36,785 nt of DNA, taken from the NCBI GenBank assembly GCA_051453625.1, contig JBOZIK010000001.1:19633337-19670121 (forward strand). Reading direction: 5' to 3'. Shown piece by piece: positions 1-11,299 of this stretch. The stretch is from Welwitschia mirabilis. Lineage: Eukaryota. Every line of letters starts with the position of its first letter. Positions within the stretch are counted from its first letter, which is position 1. The position numbers were made by a program, and so were the translations under genes. The notes under the pieces are model-generated. The model was not told the DNA's origin. It saw nothing but the letters and a program-made list of their open reading frames with translations, and searched no databases.

Positions 1-74
1 TTAAGCTAATTTATCATAATGCATACATTAATTTAATTTATTTAATCACAAAAATAGGTATTCAACTATTTTAG

Positions 75-388
75 TTTTTCTTTTTTGGAAAAAAGTATGT
101 GTATTAGACTAGGAAATGTACATCAAGGGGCAAAATCACCCAAGCGTATAGAAGCATAGAACCATTCATAATAGTGAGAATAATAGACTAAAAAGGGGGG
201 ACGAAACCACCGCTCAAAAAAATAACATAACAAGCAGTTGCATAAGAGGGTGCAAGTACTAATGAAAATAGTCATACAAAAGGATTAAAGACTACTAAAA
301 ATAGGGATAAAACTACTCCTAAAAACCAGAATTTATAAAGAACTTAGAATACTAGAAAAAAGCCAAAAAGTAAGAGGATATCAGTCCT
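75..388 (-). other. LINE 3'UTR and degenerate poly(A) tail
   Basis: T-rich tract on the minus strand after the TAG at 391-389, ending in AAAAAAGAAAAA (plus strand tttttctttttt, 75-86). Confidence 0.65.
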
Positions 389-454
389 CTACAGACCACT
401 GCAATAAGGGAACATGTTATGATGGTTGTGCTTAAGTAAGAATCTATCCAAGTC

Positions 455-612
455 ATTTAAGAACACCTCAAAAGCTTGATTGATTTGATTGAATTCTTTA
501 ACACTAGCTGGGTTCTTATCTGGATGAAGGATATATCTTTCTTCCTATAAGCTAATTTTATTATCTAGGGAAGAGCTTGATGAGAGAGACCCAGGGTGAT
601 GAATAGGCATCT
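455..612 (-). pseudogene. DnaJ J-domain remnant at the C-terminus of LINE ORF2
   Basis: Reads TLGLSHQALP*IIKLAYRKKDI(-1 nt)LHPDKNPASVKEFNQINQAFEVFL, with HPD at 526-518. Matches the J-domain pattern LG(L/V)..A....IK.AYRK.....HPDKN.....F..IN.A(Y/F)EVL with correct spacing once the single deleted base is restored. Confidence 0.85.
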
Positions 613-1084
613 TTTCAACCCATGCAAAGTTGCTAGAAGAACCTCTCTTCTAGTTGTATTCATGTCAATATCCTGAGTTTGGGGTTGGAGTTCCAAAGAA
701 GAGGATTTAGAGGTAGAGCTTTATGAGATACTAGGATCTAAAGCTTGAGGGGGAGAGTACTAGCATTCTTGAGCAGGGTCAGTTGGTAAGGAATGGCCTA
801 AAGCTAAAAAAGGATGAGGTGGAAACTAAGCTTAAGTTAGGCTAGGAGGATGCTCCTTGAGAGAAAGCTGTTGGACTGAGGACGAAGATGGACCTGCTGA
901 GTTAGCTGGGAATGAAGACACCCTCCTATTGTTAGCACTGGAAGGAGTTGTTATTTCTTCTAGGATAGGATTCCGAGCTGAGGAGGATCTTCTAAAAGAA
1001 TTTCTCCTAGGATTGTTTTGGTAAGGATAATGAGGGGAAGGATGAGAAGAGGCCTCTCTATTCTAAGCTTCTTAAGCTACTCTT

Positions 1085-1627
1085 CAAAGAGAAAGTACTA
1101 GGCATGAGTACCTAGAGGAGTCCTTTCACTTGAGGACTTGAATGAAGAAGTAGGGAATGTTTACTTGGCATCCTAAGTCAAGAGCCTTAACAAACATAAA
1201 ATGAATTCTAAAAAGCTTAGAACAATTATCAGATTGAATGAAATATTTATCCACAAGTTCTACCCCAAGTCCCCATAGGGGCGGTAAAACCTTCCTACTG
1301 ATATGCCCACTAGGTAGCTTAGGGATTCAACCTAGGAAAAAAAAGAACTTTTCATTAGCCTCTGCTTCTAAATGAGATCCTCTTGCCTTCTGCTGGGACC
1401 TTCAATAGTCTAGTAAAAGATTCTTCTGAAATTTCTATCGAGATTCTTCTAAAGGTTGTTCTTCCTCCTCTTCATCGCTTGTAAAATGGGGTAATATCGG
1501 CCACCATATCCCTTCTTAGTTTGTGTAGAATGGTTTCCCATCCCATATCCTATATTTTCTCCCACAACTTTGGGCACCCTTCAAAGAGGCCTAGGTCAGC
1601 AGGTTCATATGTTGGAGTGGCTTTCAT
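1085..1627 (-). pseudogene. Accessory domain in LINE ORF2 resembling the plant-retrotransposon extra-ORF family (Transposase_32/ATHILA-ORF1/PMD-like)
   Basis: MKATPTYEPADLGLFEGCPKLWEKI*DMGWETIL...ITPFYKR*RGG...IEISEESFTRLLKVPAEG..(frameshift)..GHISRKVLPPLW..VDKYF...HFMFV...VNIPYFFIQVL. In frame with the zf-RVT tail. Family assignment rests on recalled motif pattern only. Confidence 0.55.
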
Positions 1628-4600
1628 GATAAGTTTAATTTGAGAGTGATTGCGAATTATCTTTTTGGCTGTATAAATAGGGAAGGGAAGGGGGGCGTTA
1701 TTGAAAATTAAACTATTTTTTATCCTCCATATTTGCCATAAAGTCAAGTAAATCCCATCAAATGAATGCATGTCAGAGGCGCTACTACTTTGATAGTACT
1801 TAGTTATTAATACCATTAATTCCTTACTGCAGATGCATTAATGAAAGAGATGCTGAATTATTTCTATAGTGGACTAACATATGGAACATTTGATATCAAC
1901 TTGAATTTCCATTTTTAATAATTAGTCTCTTGTCAAGATTCAATCCTGCTCTTTCAGCCAGCAAAAAACTCTAATTTTCTCTAGTATTTGATCCCTCTAA
2001 TGCTTTTTATAGTCTTCCTATTTGCCATATTTCTTGATTAGGATTTGTTTGAACGTTTTATTCTGAGAAATGTTCAAATTAAAAAGTTGTTGGTTAGCTT
2101 TGAAGAGGTGCTTCTAAAGATAAGACACTCCATGTTTAATTGTCCAGTTTTTGTACTTATGATTCATTAAGTTACTTTAAGATTGCCCTCCATCTTGTAA
2201 TCTCTTTAAAATATTTTGAGCTACTATGAGAATACAAGCTTTAGGTTTTTATATTCTCCATCTTCTGATTCTTTAAGATGGGCTATGATTTTCCATTTAC
2301 ATAAATGTATTTTGTGGTGATCTTTTCCCCCAACCATATGAAGTCTTTTAAAATTCTATCACTTTTTTGAATGATATTCTTTGAGGGATGATAACAGAAG
2401 ATATATACCAAAAATATAAAATTAGATAGGAATTTGTAAGAATGATCTTAGCCTTTGAAGATAGAAAATTATTGTGCCAAAAACTACACCTCCTTTGTAT
2501 AGATTCTAGAATGTAGTTCCAAGTATTTGTCTTGTGCCAATTCCATAAAGAAATGCCTAGGTAGATGTCATGTAGGTATCCTAACTTTGCATTTAGAATA
2601 TGGGTGATTTCATCCCCTCTGATACATTATCTGCCTAAGCTATATATTCTTGATTTGTTTTAATTGATGTAAAGCCCTGTTGCCTCTGCAAATGTGTTCA
2701 TGGCATTTTTTATAGCTTTTGCTTATTAACTGGTTACCTTGGTTATGATAATAGTATCGTCTGCATAGTGGTTGTTGAGAAAAATTTGGCCTCTAATTTT
2801 GATTTCTATAATTCCATTATTTTTTAAGAAAATCTGTAAAACATTTATTACAAATAAGAAGAGGTATGGAGATAGAGGATCCCCTTGTCTTAAGCCTCTT
2901 CCTACTGAGAAGAAGTTTGATATGTGACTATTAACCTCCAAACTAAATTCAACTGAAGCCTAAATGTCTAGCTATAGGTTAATAATATCTTGAGAGAAGC
3001 TAATTTTTTTGAGAATGCACCCTAAATCTTGCCAACTAACTGAGTCATAAGCTTTTATAATATCTAGTTTAGCAATGAGAAGCAGAAATTGGTGCTTTTT
3101 AATGGAGTGAATAATTTCATGGGTCAAAAGGATTTGGTCTTGGATATACTTGGAATGGATGAAGATATCTTGGTTCTTTAAAATCACATTGGGGAATAAG
3201 GGGGCAATTCAACCAACCATAATTTTTGTGAAGATTTTGTAAATAACATTATAGACCCCTAAGGGTCTAAAGTTCTTTGGCCTACTGGCATCCCTTTTTT
3301 TGGTATGAGAACTACTCTAGTTCTTTTTATCTCTCTAGGAATCTATTATTTATGGAAAATTTCCTGCATTACATCATGGAGGTTATCTCCTAAGATAGAA
3401 AAATAAGTTTTGAAGAGCTTGATTAGCCACCCATCTGACCGATGTGCTTAGTTTTTCTTTATCAATCTGACTATAACTAGGATCTCCTCTCTACTTAAGG
3501 GTTTACTCAATACTTGATTATTCTCCTCCAAAACCTTCTTGTTCTCTGGAATTAAGTCAGGGGTGATATCGTCCCATTCCCAGACTTTCTGAAAATGGGT
3601 CTGTAGTTCCTTTGCTATTTCTTCTTCATTTTTTATAACTCGACCTCCTATTATAAGCCTGTTAATTCTATTATCTAATTTATGTTGGTTAGCCTGCTAG
3701 AAGAAAAATATAGTATGTCTATCACTTTCTTTAAGCCATTTGATCCTTGATCATTCTCTCTAATAATTTTCTTCATCCTCATGTATTTCTTGGAGCTCCA
3801 TTAGGCGCTGGTATTCTCTATTTCTAAGGATGTCCTGATTACCTCTCTTTTCCTATTCAGTTTGAATGTGTTTGAGGTCCTTAATTTTAGATTTTGAGTC
3901 AAACCACTCCTTATCTTTCTTTCTCAAGTATCTCATGTGAGCCTTCAAGGTATTGAGGCCTTTATATAAGAAAGTGACAGGTTGTTTACCATCATACTAT
4001 GCCTAGATATTTTCCAAGAGAATTTTAGTTTTTATTCAATTGATCTAGCATTGTTCCATCCAAAATGGGGTTTTTGGGGGTGAAAACACCCCCACTCTAA
4101 GCATAATAGGATGGTGATCTGAGGCAATCCTATTTAGACTATGATCTTTAAGAGGAAGTTTAGTTAGATGTTTCCTAGACATCACTTTATCAATCTTAGA
4201 CATTATTAGCTCTGTACTTATTCTTCTATTTAACCATGTGTATTTGCAACCATTGATTGGTATATCTGTGAGAGAATATCTTATAAAGAAATCTTTGAAA
4301 ATAGAGGCCACTTTAAAGTTTCAATTATCTCACCTAGATTTTTTCTAGTGATGGAGGCATTGATTAAAGTTGCCTAAAATTATCCATTTGAATTTATCCA
4401 CTACATTCTTTTGAGCTTCTTCCAAAACCATAGCCTTGTCTAAGTTATGTTGGCAACTATATATGTTTGTAATAATCCATCCTTCATTCTTAAGGAAAAT
4501 CATAATGTGATTCTAACTGCTAAAAATAAGATCTACATCCTTTTTAGTAGAAACCAAAAGACCACTAGATTTACCCTAGGCTAGTATAGTAAAAGAGGTC

Positions 4601-4785
4601 CAGTGCTATCCCATCTTTATGTTTCCCATATCTTGTTTTAGCTTCATCTCCTAAAGGCAGACTAAATCAATATTATATTAAGTAATTAGATTTTATAGGA
4701 TCTTTTTTTCATAAGAGGATCCTAATCCCATACAATTCTATGAGAGACAATTCATTAGAGGGTATTTTTGCCCCTTTCTAGGTGC

Positions 4786-6437
4786 TTATCCTTTTTTTAA
4801 TATGTCTTCAATTATAGCTTGGAAACTATTCGCAACATTCTCTGCTATCTCTCACCTCAATAAGGTTTTATTGCTAGGCCTTTCCTTTGTCTGAGTTTTT
4901 ACTTTATTAGATTCATCATCTTGAAGGTTTAGTTGGGTATCATTCTCATTCATGAGTGATTGAAATGGGTTTTTTTATTTTGAATCATTCCTTTTTCTTG
5001 ATTTTCTTTGGAAAAATGGTGGTACTTTTTCCAATTTATTCCTTTTGCTGTTTATGCCTACACACACTCTGATTATGCTCAGTCTTTTTGCAAAAGGTGC
5101 AAGTTTCCTTTTTCTTTCCTTTAATGTCTATCAATCTCTTTTGCCATTCTTCTCGTAGGTGATCCAATCTTTCATAGTGTGAGCATTTCTTCTTAGGAGA
5201 AGCACATCTTCCCCACAGGTATCCTAATTTTCCACAAGTTGAGCATGGGATCGAAAGATTCTCATATGTAACTTCTAGATCATAGGTTTTCCATTTGGAT
5301 CTAAACTTGATAGATTAGATTTTCTTTACATCTTTGAGACTCATCCACACACAAAATTTGGCTAACACTAGTCTAGTTTGTTTAATCGTGATTCAATCTA
5401 GCTTATTTAGATCTCCAAACTGATCAATCATTCTTCTTAATAGATCTTCATCCCAAAACTCCAAGGGTAACTTGTGGATGTGGATCTAGATTGGAAGTTT
5501 CTTAGACAATTGCAGGTCTGATTACACCCACAGTGTCCATTTGACTAGGGCTAGGCTTCTAACTCTAAAAAACCATGGTCCTCTTGCTATGATTTCATCC
5601 TGATCTTGTTCATTATCTAGCTAGAATAAAACTAGTCCTTCTAGGATTGTTATANNNNNNNNNNNNNNNNNNNNNNNNNNNNNNNNNNNNNNNNNNNNNN
5701 NNNNNNNNNNNNNNNNNNNNNNNNNNNNNNNNNNNNNNNNNNNNNNNNNNNNNNCTGACATTTTTCTCGTAGGTAACCCAATCTTCCACATTGTGAGCAT
5801 TTCTTCTCCGAAGGAGAACATCTTCCTGAGAGGTATCCTGATTTCTCAAAAGTTGAGCATGGGATTGAAAGATTCTCATATGTGACTTCTAAGTCATAGG
5901 TTCTCCATTTGGATCTAAACTTTATAGATTAGATTTCATTAGTGTCTTCGAGACTCATCCACACACAAAATCTAGCTAACACTAATTTGGTTTATTTAAT
6001 TATGATGCAATCCAGCTTGATTAGATCTCTAAACTAATTGGTCATTCTTCATAATAGATCTTCATCCCAAAACTTCAAGGGAAACTTTTAGATGTGGATC
6101 TAGATCGAAAGTTTCTTAAACAAATGTGGGTCTGATTGTATCCCCGGAGTCCATTTGGCTAGGGCTAGGCCTCTTACTATGATTTCATCCCGATATTGTC
6201 AATGTCTACCTAAAATAAAACCAGCCCTTTTAGCATTGCTATAACATTGACTTTGCTAATCCCTGTCCATTTTATTGTGACCCAATCATGGATCTAATCC
6301 AGTTGAGATCAAGAGCCAGAAGAGACAAGCTTGCTAATGAGGCTAAACTTAATTTTTTTCTCAATTTCATTGCACGCATCTTCATCTATGTCTAATATGA
6401 GAGATTTCCCCTCCCTAGAGAACTGAATCTTCTCCAT
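4786..6437 (-). pseudogene. LINE ORF1 (DUF4283-like with three CX2CX4HX4C knuckles), partly duplicated across a gap
   Basis: Starts at ATG 6437 (MEKIQFSREGKSLILDIDE...SLISKL), followed by GPWF, LPI*IHIHKLPLEFWDE and YENL. Knuckles lie at 5060-5245. The C-terminus is RPSNK..., with a probable stop TAA at 4788-4786. Confidence 0.85.
5141..6243. repeat. Diverged direct duplication of about 0.5 kb of ORF1 (5141-5654 and 5755-6243) flanking gap 5655-5754
   Basis: Collinear alignment with many substitutions; the right copy has an approximately 24-nt deletion that removes the GPW motif. Confidence 0.9.
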
Positions 6438-8512
6438 CTTGGGGCTAACCCCAATAGAAAACCCTAAAAAAACTGATCAAAATTGCAAAACAGAAGGACT
6501 CTTGAAACTTACCTAACTACTTCCTATTCTGTGGTTGAAAATGCCCCCTTGCACTATGATCAGGGACTAAAACCATTCCCACTGAACCGTGATCTCCAAA
6601 ACCTGCACCCTCCTCCTGATCTGCGATCTTCAGAGCTTTACCCTAGGTGGAATCTTGGATATACTAAATAATTCATTTTTTATTATTATGTTAATAGAGT
6701 TTGATTTTTTTTCTTTTAACTGACTTATGAACATCTTTTAAGACATTCATTTTATGCTACTTGATTTAATCTTATCTTTGAATTTATTTCCATTCATTCA
6801 TTTATAGCTTATCACTTTCTTGTTAATGATACATGTCTTCTTGATAAAGTATGATGAAATTTTAGTAATTTTTATAGGACTTATAACTTAATATAATACA
6901 TGTACAGGAACTTTAGATGTTTCTTGGTAGATGATTGAATCATCATGAGGATTCTTAAATTTCAATTATTTTAATACTTTTTCTCAATCCTTAATGATGA
7001 TGAAATAAATGTAATCACTTCCAATGATATTATGCTAGAGTGAGGATGAAGCTAAGAGATTTCAAAGAAAATAAAATTATTTTATATTCATATTTTGATC
7101 ATTCTATGATAACTATAACCCTTACTGATGAATTAAATCACTTGAAGTTATCCCATTGATAATCTAGCACTATTTCTACTAATGATTCTAATGATTGTGA
7201 ACCTAAAGAATGAGATTTATATACATCCAAAAAACATTTGAGTATTTGTATTAATGCTTTATAAATTTGATACCTTAGTAGAGTTATAAAAGATTATTTA
7301 TCTTAGCTAGTATTATTTTCAATAACATGTTGATCTTTTGATAGTGTTAAAATTAATGTATTTTATGTTAAAAACTATTAATTCCTTAACTAATCAAGTG
7401 ATTTAAACCTCATCAGGTACTTGTCAATCTCTTAATGCTTTCTAGGCTTACTTTATTTCATCACTTTTATTTTTATCTTTGGGAGGATTGTTAAACCCTT
7501 ATTAATTTGATATTAATCTTCGAAAACATTTAAAACACATAGTAAGTACAAGAGTGAGATGCTTGTCCTAAGGCTAAAAAATGTAATGGCACTTAATAAA
7601 TAAATAAATAATAAAAAAAGAGTCCTATGAATAGAAAAATCATTATTATAACTAAAGATATTATTTTTTAAAGTAACAAAACAACTTTAGGCATCCTTTT
7701 ATTGCATTGTCCTCAAGCGGTATAAAATCATTCTGATAGTTTATATTATGTAATGGCTAACATGCATGTCTAAGTAAAAATATATGATGTGGAATAATCA
7801 AATTCTAAAGAGGAATTTATGAAATTAAGCAAGAAAAATTTAAGTAAGAGAGTAGCTAGAGGAGATAATTAGCCTTCAATTAAATTTTTGTTATTTGAGT
7901 GTGAATCTAGAAAGTAATACTCTACAAAATAGTAGCATATTAAATCTAGAAAAGTAAAATTACTAATTGTTTGAAAAAGTATGATTAGATTGGTATTTTT
8001 ATATTGCATGAAAGATGTAGGGTTTAAAACACTTTAAAGGAATAAATGTTATCTTAGAAGATTTGATAGATAGTAAGCATAATATGCTTCTAGTTTAGAT
8101 GAAATCCTTAAAATGGTATACAAACCTATGCTATAATTTTTTTAAGACATAAAAAAATCAGTGAGGAAATGCTAGAAACTATCTTAATNNNNNNNNNNNN
8201 NNNNNNNNNNNNNNNNNNNNNNNNNNNNNNNNNNNNNNNNNNNNNNNNNNNNNNNNNNNNNNNNNNNNNNNNNNNNNNNNNNNNNNNNNNNNNNGAAATA
8301 GTTTTTAGATGATTTATGTTTTGGACATTACTTATGATATAAATTAATGGTATGCCATAATATATTACAATATTTCTTAATGCATACATCTTCTAAAGAA
8401 TTTGGTAATTTTTATTTTTTTAATAATTGTAATGATAATAATAACTATCTTCTTTTCATTATATTGTGTTGAACATGAACTACATTAGAGATATAGAAAA
8501 TAAAGCATATAA

Positions 8513-8533
8513 ATTATTATTATTATTATTATT
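8513..8533. repeat. (ATT)n microsatellite
   Basis: About 7 ATT units. Confidence 0.8.
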
Positions 8534-9065
8534 AACATTTAAGTTATCATATAAATATTAAAATATTTAATTATGACACTCATTTATTATTGAAGTGAAT
8601 ACATGAAAGAGAGAACACATCCTTATTAAACTAATAAGCTACTAATCAAGGTCTTAAAGGAGAAATTAAAACAACATGAATGATGTCCATCATGAATATA
8701 TTTTTTAAAACATATGACAAAGAATAGAAAAAGTTATTTTAAATAATATTTTTACAAATCATTACATGAAATCAAAACTTTTTTCAAGATAATATATTCT
8801 TAAATGTTGACATCAATAGAAGATATAAAATAGCTAATATATAAGTACCTTTCTAGCTTGGTCTTCTATAAAGATGAATAGTTCTTAAATGTTCAAAAAT
8901 TAAGTCCTCCCTTCATTCTTTAAATTTAAAACAATTATCTAACTACTTATCATATAGGAAGATACCTCGTAAGAAGTAGTGAAAAATATCTAAACCTCAT
9001 TTTTTATTGGTTAACTAATAGACCTCTTATGAACTCTATGAAAATTTTGTATCATTGTTACCTAG

Positions 9066-9630
9066 TGTAATACCCCATATTTTCAAGTAATATTTAGGTC
9101 TTTAATATTCCAATTTTCTAAATTTCTTTGTTTAATTCGGTTTACATATTATTANNNNNNNNNNNNNNNNNNNNNNNNNNNNNNNNNNNNNNNNNNNNNN
9201 NNNNNNNNNNNNNNNNNNNNNNNNNNNNNNNNNNNNNNNNNNNNNNNNNNNNNNTGGAGATGGGAATGAGGTCCAAGATAGAACTACGTGTGGTCTGATC
9301 TCCTTTGAATGAGGATACGTAGGCATGGTTGTTTAGCTGTGGATGCAATCAACCATTCGACCACAACCTACACACTCTTCTGATGTGTTTTGAACTGAGT
9401 TTTCTAAATAACCTTAAGTTGGATGTTGTGTTCATCAAGTGAACTATCTTCATATAGTTCTCCTGAGATGTACCCTGTTGGTAATTGAGGGACGATTATC
9501 TTAGTCTCAGCTAATTGATCCACTATAATGTTTAATCGTGTCTTGTAGATTAATCTTGTTTAAGTTAATTTAAAAAAAAAATTCCATGATTTTATGCTTG
9601 TTAAGTCCAACCTAAGTGCGGGTTGTGACC
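9066..9630 (+). mobile_element. Gypsy-type LTR insertion (solo LTR or collapsed full element) with 5-bp TSD
   Basis: Begins TGTAATACCCC at 9066 and ends GGGTTGTGACC at 9630, an imperfect inverted terminus. Flanked by CCTAG at 9061-9065 and 9631-9635. Contains gap 9155-9254 and retains more CpG than its flanks. Orientation is uncertain. Confidence 0.8.
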
Positions 9631-11299
9631 CCTAGTCACATGAAATAATAAATTAAATTTTGAATTCACTTATAACTTTAAATAATAAAAGCTCGATAAG
9701 AGAAATAATAGGCGTGAGTAGTAGATAAAATAATTTTACATACTAAATATTCCATAATCATTATACTCTTTTTATATTCCTATTTATCCATTTTGAAAGA
9801 TAATTTACTAACAACGATCTCATAGATTCTTAGAAATATCTTAAAAAGAAAAGAAAATTCTAAGAAATTTAGTTACACCATCATCTAAAATAATTTTCCA
9901 TGATGCAGAGAGAAATCATGTATAATTTTGGTAAGATTAAATACTAAATACTTTTCCAAATTAATATTTGAACTAAAAAGAAAATAATAAAGAGTAATAC
10001 TATAGAGAAATTGATTAAGTATATATTGAGGATTTTTATTTATCTATTTATTTATTTATTTTTTAATTTGCAGTCATCCAGAACATTCATCTTGATAAGC
10101 ATCTTTAGATTTTCACTAATGTGAATACCAAAAATAGTCCAAGATCAATTACCATAATGATAAATACTTGAATAGACTAAACATGAAGTCCTAAGTTCAA
10201 ATATCTACATTGGTAGGGGCATATAATTTGCATGGCTCCATGTGCCACTAGGAAGTTATATGACACATACCTACCTAGCTAGGTTACCCTCTAAAAATAT
10301 ATGAATATCATAAATAATATTATCCTAATCATCCTTTCACATAACATGACATAAAAATCTACTACAATGATAAAAAGATATGAAGCTAAATGACATTCTT
10401 TCCTTACAGACCTTTTAATATGAAAGGTAAAAATAAAATTTTGGGTGATGGAAATATAAGCATTTTATTCTTCAAATTTAAAAATCTATCATATGAATGA
10501 AATCCTTTCAAAATCCTAGCTTTTTAATGAAAACTAAGATAAAATTCCATAAGAATATATTACAATCTACTATAGAATTAGGTTTATAGAAGGTAATATC
10601 TTAATTAGTATTTATTTCTCATACTAAATATTTCTAAGTAGAAATAACATTGTTAAAATTATACTTATGTTTAATAAAACCACTTTTTTAAATACACATA
10701 ATACAAGGTAGGATAATCTCCAACATATAACCTAAATGTTTAGATAAAATTTTATAAGAAACATTAATTAAAGTAATTAATCTCTTATTGGAAATAGAAT
10801 TTAGATCATCTAATTTTTATGAAACATGGATAGTATCCTAATTTAGCTTTATAACCAAGATACCTTTATGTGAGGCTTCCTTAAGAACCCTAAGATAGTC
10901 TTTTCCACTAATATCATAATGGTTTTTATAAAATTATATGAAAAAATTCATTCATCTTTAAAGCCTTACAATTATCCATTTCAAAGAGCTCTTCTTTTAC
11001 CTCATCTTTATAATAACGTTCTCTAAAATTTAATGATAGACCTCTAAAATTTTAAAGAAATGATGTTAGAATTTTGGTTAAAGAGATCCTAACATAAATT
11101 ATCTAATTAAAAATTTATTAAGATTTTTAACCAAGTATTGGATAATGAATTATGGATCAAAGTATACACTACCATTAATTTAAGTTTATCTAATTGATAA
11201 GAATAAAAATTCTCTTAAGAAACTTAAAAAATTATTTATAATTGATGTTTTAAATGTTAAGCTAAGAAAAATTTTCTCTTAATACTAGTGCTTTTAATA

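Larger units (their letters stand above)
389..4755 (-). pseudogene. LINE ORF2: APE endonuclease, RT, zf-RVT, accessory domain, S/P linker, J-domain (disrupted)
   Basis: Starts at ATG 4755 with MNCLS*NCMGLGS...DLVCL*EMK (SWNCRGLG/LQETK type). Later motifs: YTWLN, SDHHPI, RT motifs at 2726-3290, KIRVFCWL..ILTRD..CSIC..HLF..C at about 1820-1980, and LWQIWRIKNSLIF. The reading continues to TAG at 391-389 with frameshifts. Confidence 0.88.
75..6660 (-). mobile_element. Decayed L1-clade LINE retrotransposon (5'UTR, ORF1, extended ORF2, 3'UTR, degenerate A-tail)
   Basis: Minus-strand translation gives, in order, a DUF4283-like ORF1 with CCHC knuckles, an APE endonuclease, RT (KLDIIKAYDSVSW, GRGLRQGDPLSPYLF, HYADD) and zf-RVT. 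The 3' end reads CTAATACACATACTTTTTTCCAAAAAAGAAAAA on the minus strand. Many stops and frameshifts; no TSD found; 5' boundary approximate. Confidence 0.93.

Noticed and set aside
455-612. Independent host DnaJ gene or processed pseudogene
   Set aside because: No own start, introns or downstream DnaJ domains; it is continuous with the LINE frame and lies upstream of the LINE 3' tail.
4753-4757. TAATG stop-start overlap at the ORF2 start (termination-reinitiation signal)
   Set aside because: The TAA is not in the apparent ORF1 frame; ORF1 reads in frame with ORF2 and stops 30 nt earlier.
6483-6671. 62-aa antisense ORF in the LINE 5'UTR (ORF0-like)
   Set aside because: It starts at TTG rather than ATG, has no recognisable motif, and is expected by chance in a GC-richer patch.
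7478-7495. Polypurine tract plus LTR start (ttgggaggattgtta); similar tracts near 26030 and 26940
   Set aside because: No matching second LTR, TSD or convincing coding motifs, so too weak to call elements.
5613-9348. ORFs 5613-5879, 5621-5821, 8126-8389, 9132-9326 and 9142-9348
   Set aside because: They are open only because they cross N-gaps.
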